The notes under the pieces are model-generated. The model searched no databases, had not been told where the DNA came from, and saw only the letters and a program-made list of their open reading frames with translations. DNA of 56,132 bases from assembly GCA_964426585.1 (NCBI GenBank), contig CAYRQZ010000005.1, positions 1 through 56,132 on the forward strand, in the 5' to 3' direction. This stretch comes from an uncultured Bacteroidales bacterium. Lineage in GTDB: Bacteria > Bacteroidota > Bacteroidia > Bacteroidales > ML635J-15. Shown piece after piece: positions 1 through 8,176 of this stretch. A program made the translations under genes and the position numbers. The first letter of the stretch is position 1, and every line of letters begins with the position of its first letter.

Positions 1-478
1 CTTTATTACTAAGTTTCTCTATATTTTGATTTAGAAGCGAAGGTTTATTACTTAATACTTCTTTATTATTTTCATTAGCTTTTTGTTCCGTATTATCTAT
101 AGGCTGAACTAAATTTACTCCCGTATTATCAGGTTTTTGCTCTTTTTCCAAGTCAGCTTCTTTTTTACTCTGCTCAACAGAATCAAATAAATTATTTTGA
201 GCTTGTGTGGGCGAACTAAAAGTAATCCTTTGAGCTTTCAATTTTGTCCGGGGCCTTTTCCCATTTTCGAAATTATTATTTGCTTGATCAGGTCTTTGGT
301 TTTTATTTTGTTGCTTTTTAAGAGACTCTTCTTCTGCTGCTTTAATTGCTTGAATGTCGAGAATTTTATATATTAATTCGGATTTGCGGTAAGCATCAAC
401 TTTATGGACTCCTAAATTTTTTGCAATTTCTTTTAACTCAGGTAGCAATTTTGAGTTTAATTCTATAATGTCATACAT
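1..478 (-). CDS. rho: Transcription termination factor Rho, N-terminal part (gene continues beyond window start)
   Basis: Absent from the ORF track because it is open at the window edge. The reverse complement from ATG at 478 reads MYDIIELNSKLLPELKEIAKNLGVHKVDAYRKSELIYKILDIQAIKAAEEE (Rho_N motif). A long Q/N/K-rich low-complexity insertion follows, typical of Bacteroidota Rho. I translated it by hand to position 1 and found no stop. Confidence 0.8.
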   Translation of the reverse strand, partial: MYDIIELNSKLLPELKEIAKNLGVHKVDAYRKSELIYKILDIQAIKAAEEESLKKQQNKNQRPDQANNNFENGKRPRTKLKAQRITFSSPTQAQNNLFDSVEQSKKEADLEKEQKPDNTGVNLVQPIDNTEQKANENNKEVLSNKPSLLNQNIEKLSNK

Positions 479-700
479 GAATAAATGTAATTTGTGTGAT
501 ACAATAATTTAAAATTGATTTTGATTTAATCTATCTAAAACGAAAACGATAAGATTAATTATTTTGCAAAAATAGTATATTTTTTTAATTATAAAATTAT
601 TTTTTTAATAAACTTATACTTTTTTCAATTTAATTATAGTTGTAAGACAACCTTTATGGTATTAAAATCGTTTATTATAAAAAGAGAAAAATAAAGAGAA

Positions 701-1570
701 ATGCGTCAATTAAAAATTTTAAATCAGTTAACAAGCCGAGATAGTTTAGCTTTCGAGAAATATTTGCAAGATATTTCTCGAAAAGATATGATTTCACCAC
801 AAGAAGAAATTGAATTAGCAAAACGAATAAAAGACGGAGACCAACTTGCTGTCGATAAACTTGTTTCGGCAAATCTGCGATTTGTTGTATCTGTTGCAAA
901 ACAATATCAAAACCAAGGTTTAAGTTTGCAAGATTTAGTAAATGAAGGTAATTTCGGCTTAATAATTGCAGCAAAACGTTTTGATGAAACAAGAGGTTTT
1001 AAATTTATTTCTTACGCCGTTTGGTGGATACGACAGTCTATCATGCACGCCATTGCAGTAAAAGGTAGAATGATAAGACTGCCTCTCAATAAAATTGGAG
1101 CTTTAAATAAAATATATTCGGCTTCAACTAAATTAGAACAACTATTTGAGCGAGAACCAACTTTAAACGAACTTGCCGAAGAAACAAATATGAAATTTGA
1201 ATATTTAGATGAAACCTTAAAATCTCAAATTCGCGTTTTATCAATTGACGCTCCTATCGGAAATAGCGAAAATGATGATTTTACACTAGGCGATTTAATT
1301 GGTATAACTAACAATAAACCAACAGATTCTACTTTAATGAACAGTTCTTTAAAGTATGAAATAAATGTGTTTCTTCTTGTTTTAAATGAAAGAGAACGCA
1401 AAATTATTAAAATGTATTTCGGACTTGACGGCTATGAGCCAAAATCCTTTGAAGAAATTGCTGAAGCTGTTGAATTAACAAGCGAAAGAGTGAGACAATT
1501 AAAAGAACATGCACTAAGAAAATTAAAACAAACAAGCAAACGTAATAAATTAAGACCTTACCTTTTGTAA
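701..1570 (+). CDS. RNA polymerase sigma-70 family factor, RpoD-like paralogue (289 aa)
   Basis: Region 2-4 motifs [38 protein letters not shown] and C-terminal HTH LTSERVRQLKEHALRKLK. About 55-60% identical by eye to the copy at 11469-12329. Confidence 0.85.
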   Translation: MRQLKILNQLTSRDSLAFEKYLQDISRKDMISPQEEIELAKRIKDGDQLAVDKLVSANLRFVVSVAKQYQNQGLSLQDLVNEGNFGLIIAAKRFDETRGFKFISYAVWWIRQSIMHAIAVKGRMIRLPLNKIGALNKIYSASTKLEQLFEREPTLNELAEETNMKFEYLDETLKSQIRVLSIDAPIGNSENDDFTLGDLIGITNNKPTDSTLMNSSLKYEINVFLLVLNERERKIIKMYFGLDGYEPKSFEEIAEAVELTSERVRQLKEHALRKLKQTSKRNKLRPYLL

Positions 1571-1594
1571 GAAGTTCATAATTATGTCAGAATT

Positions 1595-1630
1595 AGAGGG
1601 CAAAATGCCCTCTTTTTCATTTTTTTTTAT
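1595..1630 (+). terminator. Rho-independent terminator after the sigma paralogue
   Basis: AGAGGGCA-aaa-TGCCCTCT stem (1595-1613) followed by a T-rich run TTTTCATTTTTTTTT. Confidence 0.6.
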
Positions 1631-1638
1631 TATTTTTG
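1631..1638 (+). promoter_or_regulatory. Bacteroidota -7 box (TATTTTTG) for rpe
   Basis: Matches TAnnTTTG, 21 nt upstream of ATG 1659. It lies inside the long ORF-track version of rpe, which argues for the shorter start. Confidence 0.45.
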
Positions 1639-1658
1639 CCTTAATTTTTAATAGAAAT

Positions 1659-2309
1659 ATGAAAAATATTATTCTTTCTCCTTCATTGCTTTCTGCAAAT
1701 TTTGGCTATCTCGAAAAAGATATAAAAATGATTAATGAATCACAAGCCGACTGGTTTCATTTAGATATTATGGACGGAGTATTTGTTCCAAATATTTCTT
1801 TTGGATTCCCAATAGTAAAATTTATAAAAAAATATGCTCAAAAGCCTCTAGATGTCCATTTAATGATAGTACAGCCCGAAAGATATTTGCAAGAGTGGAA
1901 AAATGCAGGTGCAGATATTTTAACTGTTCATTACGAGGCATGTACTCATTTGAATCGAACTATTAACGAAATAAAAAACTTGAGAATGAAAGCGGGCGTT
2001 TCTTTAAATCCTCATACTTCTGTTTGTTTGTTAAAAGATATTTTATCAGAATTAGATATGGTATTAATAATGTCGGTAAATCCAGGATTTGGGGGGCAAA
2101 GTTTTATTAAACAAAGTTTGTCGAAAATTAGCGAATTACGCGAAATGGCAGATGTTTCTAATCCAAATTTAATTATTCAAGTTGACGGTGGAATTGATAC
2201 TAGTAATTATAAAGAAATTGTTAAAGCAGGTGCTAACTCCTTAGTTGCAGGATCAGCGATATTTAATTCAGAAAATCCCCAAAAAACAATAAATATTTTA
2301 AAATCTTAA
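1659..2309 (+). CDS. rpe: Ribulose-phosphate 3-epimerase
   Basis: SPSLLSANF, HLDIMDGVFVPNISFG, MSVNPGFGGQSF, QVDGGI motifs. Start moved from 1584 to ATG 1659 because a terminator and a -7 box lie within 1595-1638. Confidence 0.9.
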   Translation: MKNIILSPSLLSANFGYLEKDIKMINESQADWFHLDIMDGVFVPNISFGFPIVKFIKKYAQKPLDVHLMIVQPERYLQEWKNAGADILTVHYEACTHLNRTINEIKNLRMKAGVSLNPHTSVCLLKDILSELDMVLIMSVNPGFGGQSFIKQSLSKISELREMADVSNPNLIIQVDGGIDTSNYKEIVKAGANSLVAGSAIFNSENPQKTINILKS

Positions 2310-2329
2310 TAACTTTAAAATATATTTTA

Positions 2330-2337
2330 TATATTTG
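2330..2337 (+). promoter_or_regulatory. Bacteroidota -7 box (TATATTTG) for ssrA
   Basis: TAnnTTTG match 18 nt upstream of the tmRNA 5' end. Confidence 0.5.
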
Positions 2338-2354
2338 CAAAAGTTTTACAATCA

Positions 2355-2751
2355 GGGGCTGACCTGGTTTTGACAGCAAGGTAAATGATTGTGTAAGCAT
2401 GCCGGGCAATGTGGGTAATCCCGTTAAACTTTTTCACAAACAAATAACTGGCGCAGATAATTATGCTTTCGCTGCTTAATTGAATAAAGTAAATTAAGCT
2501 TAATTCTGGCACAAGGTGCTAGAACGAGACATCTCTCGATTGGGTCGTCTGGTCCCGCTTTGGTTTAGAGGTGGCAAATAACTCCAGAATAGTTTTTTCT
2601 AAGCCTCGAAGAAAAAGCGAAAACTTAGAGGATAAGGATTAGATTTGGGTGACTGTTCCCGGAGATAATCTCGAAAATTAAAAACAGAATAAGCATGTAG
2701 AAAGCACCATTGTTTCTTGTTTGGACGCGGGTTCGATCCCCGCCAGCTCCA
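2355..2751 (+). ncRNA. ssrA: tmRNA (transfer-messenger RNA, SsrA)
   Basis: 5' GGGGCTGACCTGGTTTTGAC pairs with 3' CAGCTCC to form the acceptor stem. T-arm GGACGCGGGTTCGATCCCCGCC. Internal tag reading frame 2450-2479: GGC GCA GAT AAT TAT GCT TTC GCT GCT TAA = GADNYAFAA*. CCA is not encoded. Confidence 0.93.
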
Positions 2752-2752
2752 C

Positions 2753-2780
2753 AAAAAGACTGCTTCCCAGTCTTTTTTTT
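2753..2780. terminator. Bidirectional terminator between ssrA and mqnD
   Basis: AAGACTG-cttcc-CAGTCTT stem flanked by an A-run on the 5' side and a T-run on the 3' side. Confidence 0.65.
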
Positions 2781-3606
2781 ATATAAATAAATCTATCCCA
2801 TCGTCTGCTAATTTGTGAATTTTTAAAAATTCTTGTTTTAAACAAAAAATAGATCTTTTACCTAATTCACCTAGCTCAAAAGAAAAATTATTTACATATA
2901 AATTTACATGTTGCATCATTATATCTTTATCCATTTCTACTGCATGACTTTTCATAAACTCAATACTAGATTCAGGTTTGGCAAAAGCAAACTCTATACT
3001 TGCTTTTAGTATTTTATTAATATCTTGCTTTATATTTTCAGGCAAATTTCTTTTCACAACAATTCCCCCTAAGGGAATAGGCAAGGAAAATTTTTCTTCC
3101 CACAAAACTCCTAAATCAGCAACTAATTTTAAACCCCTATTTTTATAAGTAAATCGTGTTTCGTGAATAACTAAACCTAAATCACACTCGCTAGATAAAA
3201 CAACATCTTCAATATCAGAAAAAAGATAAACACGTTTATTTATTGCCTCTGTAAAGAAAATTTGCATTAATAAATTTGCAGTGGTGAGCTTTCCGGGTAT
3301 TGCTATTTTGCAATCTTTAACTTCATCGGGGTAAATTTTCCTTTTACTTATAATTAATGGTCCACAATTTTGCCCCATAGCAGCACCTGATTGTAAAAGT
3401 TGATAGTTTTTACTTAATTTTAAAAAATTATGAAAACTTATTTTACCTATGTCAACTTCATTATTTTTTGCGTACTGGTTAAGTTTTTCAATATCTTCAA
3501 TAATCAATTCAAAATCAAAATTTTTTGTATCAATTTTTTTGTTTATTAGTGCATCAAACATAAAAGTGTCGTTCGGACATGACGATATTGCAAGTTTAAG
3601 TTTCAT
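2779..3606 (-). CDS. mqnD: 1,4-dihydroxy-6-naphthoate synthase (futalosine pathway, MqnD family)
   Basis: N-terminal ISSCPNDTFMFDAL motif and overall length and shape of the VitK2_biosynth/MqnD family. 4-nt overlap with the upstream mqnB. Confidence 0.8.
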   Translation of the reverse strand: MKLKLAISSCPNDTFMFDALINKKIDTKNFDFELIIEDIEKLNQYAKNNEVDIGKISFHNFLKLSKNYQLLQSGAAMGQNCGPLIISKRKIYPDEVKDCKIAIPGKLTTANLLMQIFFTEAINKRVYLFSDIEDVVLSSECDLGLVIHETRFTYKNRGLKLVADLGVLWEEKFSLPIPLGGIVVKRNLPENIKQDINKILKASIEFAFAKPESSIEFMKSHAVEMDKDIMMQHVNLYVNNFSFELGELGKRSIFCLKQEFLKIHKLADDGIDLFI

Positions 3607-4250
3607 TTATTTAATTTTAAAAAATCTAATACTAATTTAGTATAATTATCAATTGGCGTTTTCATATCCCAATCTTCGCGTTTTGTTTGAGGAATAATAT
3701 TTGAAATCCCTCTAAGTTGAATAAAATTCTTTTTTAAGTGCTTACAAACCAACATAAAAGCCGCGCCTTCCATTGTTTCAATGTCATAATTTGAACTTGT
3801 ATTTAATTCGGGCATATTCACACTTATTCCAGAAATCTTTGTTAAATTATGAAAAAAATTAGGATAATCACTTGTATTATATAAACGCCCATTATTAATT
3901 AAATTATAAAAATGTTGATTAAAATTTGATTTAAAGACATTTATTTTTTCCCCATTCTGTCTTATAAAAACATCTTCAAAACTATCTGACACTACGTTAA
4001 AAACTTTTCCAATTTCTAAGTCTTGTTTAAAACTCCCAGCTATTCCAATATTAATAAAAAACTCGTATTCTTTTATATTATTAAAGCTTAGCAAAGCAAA
4101 CAAGCAAGCCGGGATTCCGACTCCTGAGATTAGAATATCGCAATTATATTCGTTGTTTGAAAAAAGTGTATCATTTTTTTTTGTAAAACTAAGATTTTCA
4201 ATTATATGTTTAGCTTCAAAGTATGTTGCAGCAATGATAAGAGTCTTCAT
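3603..4250 (-). CDS. mqnB: Futalosine hydrolase (MqnB; PNP/MTAN nucleosidase fold)
   Basis: MKTLIIAATYFEA, SGVGIPA, IGIAGSF and METMEGAAF motifs of the nucleoside phosphorylase superfamily. Translationally coupled to mqnD. Confidence 0.7.
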   Translation of the reverse strand: MKTLIIAATYFEAKHIIENLSFTKKNDTLFSNNEYNCDILISGVGIPACLFALLSFNNIKEYEFFINIGIAGSFKQDLEIGKVFNVVSDSFEDVFIRQNGEKINVFKSNFNQHFYNLINNGRLYNTSDYPNFFHNLTKISGISVNMPELNTSSNYDIETMEGAAFMLVCKHLKKNFIQLRGISNIIPQTKREDWDMKTPIDNYTKLVLDFLKLNK

Positions 4251-4296
4251 ATTATTTGTTTTAACAAAAATAACATAATTTTATTATAAAATTGTT

Positions 4297-4304
4297 TATT
4301 TTTG
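4297..4304 (+). promoter_or_regulatory. Bacteroidota -7 box (TATTTTTG) for folE
   Basis: TAnnTTTG match 15 nt upstream of ATG 4319. It overlaps the TTG-initiated ORF-track start at 4292. Confidence 0.45.
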
Positions 4305-4318
4305 CCAAAAATTTAGAT

Positions 4319-4939
4319 ATGGTTGAATCACTAAACGACCCCCAAAAGGGCGGATATGTTAAGACAGAGAAATATGATGATGAAAAAACAAAACTTTTGG
4401 CTTATCATTATTCTGAAATAATTAGTCTATTGGGCGAATCTGTTGACCGTGAAGGATTAGTACAAACGCCAAAGAGAGTAGCAAAATCTATTCAATTTCT
4501 TACCCAAGGATATAATATGAATCCAGAAGAAATTTTGCGTTCAGCAATGTTTCGCGAAGATTACCGACAAATGGTAATTGTCAAAGACATTGAATTATAT
4601 AGTATGTGCGAACACCATATATTACCATTTTTTGGTAAAGCACATGTTGCATATATTCCTAACCACTACATTACAGGTTTAAGTAAAATAGCCAGAGTTG
4701 TAGATGCTTTTGCTCGGCGTCTTCAAGTTCAGGAGAGATTAACAACACAAATTAAAGATTGTATTCAAACAACTTTACAGCCTCTTGGCGTGGCAGTAGT
4801 TATCGAAGCTCAGCACATGTGCATGCAAATGCGCGGAGTACAAAAGCAAAATTCTATTACAACAACTTCCGATTTTACCGGAGCATTTTTAAAAGATGCT
4901 ACACGTCAAGAATTTTTATCCTTAATAAAATCTAAATAA
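4319..4939 (+). CDS. folE: GTP cyclohydrolase I
   Basis: [40 protein letters not shown] and HMCMQMRGV motifs. Start set at ATG 4319 (the ORF-track 4292 is a TTG inside the promoter). Confidence 0.92.
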   Translation: MVESLNDPQKGGYVKTEKYDDEKTKLLAYHYSEIISLLGESVDREGLVQTPKRVAKSIQFLTQGYNMNPEEILRSAMFREDYRQMVIVKDIELYSMCEHHILPFFGKAHVAYIPNHYITGLSKIARVVDAFARRLQVQERLTTQIKDCIQTTLQPLGVAVVIEAQHMCMQMRGVQKQNSITTTSDFTGAFLKDATRQEFLSLIKSK

Positions 4940-4959
4940 ACAAACTAAAACTTAATATT

Positions 4960-5838
4960 ATGAAAGCTTATGTTTTTCCAGGACAAGGTTCCCAATTTGT
5001 TGGAATGGGGCAAGCAATGTATAATTCAAATCCAAAAGCAAAAGAATTATTTGAAAAAGCTAACGAAATTTTAGGTTTCCGTATCACAGATATTATTTTT
5101 TCGGGAACAGACGAAGACCTTAAACAAACAAAAGTTACACAGCCTTCAATTTTTTTACACTCAGTAATTACTTATATGTGCCTCCAAGAAAAACCAAATC
5201 CCGCAATGGTAGCAGGACATTCTTTAGGCGAATTTTCGGCTCTAGTGGCTGCTGGTGCTTTGAGTTTTGAAGACGGTTTACAATTAGTGTATAAACGTGC
5301 ACTAGCTATGCAAAAAGCTTGTGAAAAAAACCCATCTTCTATGGCTGCAATTCTAAATCTTGATTTTGGAATAATTGATAAAATTTGCTCCGAAATTGAT
5401 GAAATTGTTGTTGCTGCAAATTATAACTCGCCCGGACAAGTCGTAATTTCAGGTTCTAATAAAGGAATTGAAATTGCAATGGAAAAAATGAAAGAAGCCG
5501 GCGCTAAACGTGCTATTAAACTACCTGTTGGCGGAGCTTTTCACTCTCCTCTGATGCTACCAGCACAAGAAGAACTTAGCATTGCAATAAATCAAACAAA
5601 TTTTAAAAATCCAATTTGTCCAATTTTTCAAAATGTAGACGCTTTGCCATATACAAACCCAGAACAAATTCGTGAAAACCTTATTAAACAATTAACAAAT
5701 CCAGTTAAATGGACAATGACTATTGAAAATATGATGGCACACGGAGCAAAACATTTTGTTGAAGTTGGACCCGGAAGTGTTTTACAAGGTTTGATTACTA
5801 AAATTGATAGAAATCTTACAACTGAAGGAATACAATAA
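4960..5838 (+). CDS. fabD: Malonyl-CoA:ACP transacylase
   Basis: FPGQGSQ, GHSLGEFSAL, VTQPSIF and GAFHSPLM motifs. Confidence 0.93.
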   Translation: MKAYVFPGQGSQFVGMGQAMYNSNPKAKELFEKANEILGFRITDIIFSGTDEDLKQTKVTQPSIFLHSVITYMCLQEKPNPAMVAGHSLGEFSALVAAGALSFEDGLQLVYKRALAMQKACEKNPSSMAAILNLDFGIIDKICSEIDEIVVAANYNSPGQVVISGSNKGIEIAMEKMKEAGAKRAIKLPVGGAFHSPLMLPAQEELSIAINQTNFKNPICPIFQNVDALPYTNPEQIRENLIKQLTNPVKWTMTIENMMAHGAKHFVEVGPGSVLQGLITKIDRNLTTEGIQ

Positions 5839-5897
5839 AAAAACAACTTTTTTTGTAATAATTCAAAGCCTAATAAACTAGGTGAAAAATCTATAAC

Positions 5898-6611
5898 TTA
5901 GGCTTTTTTATCACAAGGATTTGGTATTGTCTTAATCGCATTATATTGAAAACCAAGCCGTTTACCAGTTTGCATTTGATGCTTCATAATTTTGTTATTC
6001 ATATAATCTACCGAAATAATTTTAACATCGTTATAAGGAGGAACTAATAAATCAAATTTTAAAATATAAACAAGTAAAGACTCTATAAGTGTCTTAAAAT
6101 TCTTTTCATTAACAAAATCTTTACTAAAAGCCGGAAAATTAAACCCTAACTCTCGTCTTCCTTCAATAAAAAATGAGTTTTCTTTATTAATAAAAATTCT
6201 TCCTACGAGATATCCTTGGTCGTCAACTCTGTTGTATTTCAAAGAGTCAGAAAGGAAGTTGTAAATATTTATAATTCCAGAATATGTTGTCAAAGGCTGC
6301 ATCACATAATTGGTATCTTTCCAAATTTCGTGATTTCTTGGAAATTCAAAAATATTAGAGTGCATATTAAAAATAATCACATCGCCTGCTATTTTAATTT
6401 CGACATCAAACTCACCTCTATCTCTATATTCAAGCATAACACGAGGGTCTATGTCCTTTAATTCTTGATTATATTCATTAACAATAGCATTAAGCACATC
6501 TTTAATTATCTCGAAAGCACTTTTTGTATGATCATATACAACTTGTTTTAATTGAGATTTCTCTTTTATAGTGTTTATAACACTATCTTTAATAGGATCT
6601 TGTTCTTGCAT
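5898..6611 (-). CDS. Hypothetical protein (237 aa), 9 nt downstream of proS on the same strand
   Basis: Long ORF with ATG start and tight spacing after proS. I recognise no motif. Confidence 0.6.
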   Translation of the reverse strand: MQEQDPIKDSVINTIKEKSQLKQVVYDHTKSAFEIIKDVLNAIVNEYNQELKDIDPRVMLEYRDRGEFDVEIKIAGDVIIFNMHSNIFEFPRNHEIWKDTNYVMQPLTTYSGIINIYNFLSDSLKYNRVDDQGYLVGRIFINKENSFFIEGRRELGFNFPAFSKDFVNEKNFKTLIESLLVYILKFDLLVPPYNDVKIISVDYMNNKIMKHQMQTGKRLGFQYNAIKTIPNPCDKKA

Positions 6612-6620
6612 ATTTTAGTT

Positions 6621-8093
6621 TTAATATGATTTAGCAAAAATAACTCTAAATTTTGAATGTTTTCCTGAATAAATACATTTCCCTTCTTCTATAATAGGAT
6701 TTAAAGGAATAAACCTTATTGTAGCTTTTGTTTCTTCTTTAATTTTTTCTTCTGTCTCTCTTGTTCCATCCCAATGTGCTTCTATAAACCCCGGCGTTTC
6801 ATTAAGTATTCTTTTAAACTCATTATAATCATCTACTTTATAAGTATTTTCCTTTCTGAAGTTAAAAGCTTTATTATAAATATTGTTTTGAATATCTTCA
6901 ATTAAAAAATCTATTTTTTCTAATAATTTTTCGTCTGGAATAACTTCTTTACTTAAAGTATCTCTTCGTGCCAATTCCCAAGTATTATTATCATAATCTT
7001 TTGGTCCGATTGCAATACGAATAGGAACACCTTTTAGCTCCCACTCAGCGAACTTAAACCCTGGTCGTTGAGAATCGCGAGTGTCAAATTTATAACTTAT
7101 TCCTTTTGATTTTAAATTTTTGCAAAGTTCATTTACACGTTCAGAAATTTTTTCAAATTCTTCTTTACTTTTATAAATTGGTACAATCACAACTTGAATA
7201 GGAGCAAGTTTTGGTGGTAAAACCAAACCATTATTATCGGAATGAGCCATTACCAAAGCACCCATAAGTCTTGTTGAAACGCCCCAAGAAGTTGCCCAAA
7301 CATATTCTTCTTTATTTTCTTGGTTTAAAAATTTTACATCAAAGGCTTTTGCAAAATTTTGCGCAAGGAAATGTGAGGTTCCAGCTTGTAATGCTTTGCC
7401 GTCTTGCATTAAAGCTTCAATACAATAAGTTTCTTCGGCACCTGCAAACCTTTCATTTTCTGATTTTGTGCCAATATGTACAGGAATAGCAAGATAATCG
7501 CGGGCAAATTTTTCGTAGACATGAATCATCTTTTCGGCTTCGTCAATAGCTTCTTGTTTTGTTGCATGAGCAGTATGACCTTCTTGCCATAAAAACTCAG
7601 CAGTTCGTAAAAAGAGTCTGGTACGCATTTCCCACCTAACAACATTTGCCCATTGATTAATGAGTAAAGGTAAATCGCGATAAGAATTTATCCAATTTTT
7701 ATAAGTGTTCCAGATAATTGTTTCGGAAGTTGGTCTAACAATTAATTCTTCTTCTAATTTTGCAGCTGGGTCAACTTCAATTCCACCATTTTCACCATTT
7801 TTTAATCTATAATGCGTAACAACGGCACATTCTTTTGCAAAACCTTCAACATGATTTGCTTCTTTACTAAAAAAAGATTTTGGAATAAAAAGCGGAAAAT
7901 AAGCATTAACATGCCCTGTTTCTTTAAACATTCCGTCTAAAACAGACTGCATTTTTTCCCAAATACTGTAACCGTAAGGTTTTATAACCATACAACCTCT
8001 TACCGCAGAGTTCTCTGCCAAGTCGGCTTTAATCACTAAATCGTTATACCATTGAGAGTAGTTATCTTCAATATTTGTCAATACTTTTGCCAT
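6621..8093 (-). CDS. proS: Proline--tRNA ligase (archaeal/eukaryote-like class II type, 490 aa)
   Basis: N-terminal [34 protein letters not shown], class II aaRS core and C-terminal ProRS-C1-like domain ending in Y. Confidence 0.92.
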   Translation of the reverse strand: MAKVLTNIEDNYSQWYNDLVIKADLAENSAVRGCMVIKPYGYSIWEKMQSVLDGMFKETGHVNAYFPLFIPKSFFSKEANHVEGFAKECAVVTHYRLKNGENGGIEVDPAAKLEEELIVRPTSETIIWNTYKNWINSYRDLPLLINQWANVVRWEMRTRLFLRTAEFLWQEGHTAHATKQEAIDEAEKMIHVYEKFARDYLAIPVHIGTKSENERFAGAEETYCIEALMQDGKALQAGTSHFLAQNFAKAFDVKFLNQENKEEYVWATSWGVSTRLMGALVMAHSDNNGLVLPPKLAPIQVVIVPIYKSKEEFEKISERVNELCKNLKSKGISYKFDTRDSQRPGFKFAEWELKGVPIRIAIGPKDYDNNTWELARRDTLSKEVIPDEKLLEKIDFLIEDIQNNIYNKAFNFRKENTYKVDDYNEFKRILNETPGFIEAHWDGTRETEEKIKEETKATIRFIPLNPIIEEGKCIYSGKHSKFRVIFAKSY

Positions 8094-8142
8094 ATTAATT
8101 TGGTATGAAATTTGCTGTAAATTTTACAAGTTCTTTAAATTT

Positions 8143-8150
8143 TATTTTTG
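8143..8150 (+). promoter_or_regulatory. Bacteroidota -7 box (TATTTTTG)
   Basis: TAnnTTTG match 27 nt upstream of ATG 8177. Confidence 0.4.
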
Positions 8151-8176
8151 CCAAAATTATAAAAATTCATTAAATT

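Noticed and set aside
675-992. 105-aa minus-strand ORF
   Set aside because: It is antisense to the well-supported sigma factor gene. Its Leu/Gln-rich composition is typical of the reverse frame of AT-rich coding DNA.
1584-1658. N-terminal extension of rpe in the ORF track (MSELEGKMPSFSFFFIIFALIFNRN)
   Set aside because: It contains the sigma-gene terminator hairpin with its T-run and a -7 promoter box. The family N-terminus matches MKNIILSPSLLSANF.
2090-2097. G6 homopolymer in rpe (and G6 near 25230 in the transporter gene) as phase-variation tracts
   Set aside because: Both encode conserved Gly-Gly motifs (GFGGQ, MGGK) in housekeeping genes and are too short for efficient slippage.
2327-2512. 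61-aa minus-strand ORF
   Set aside because: It lies entirely antisense within the tmRNA gene and its promoter, so it is an artefact.
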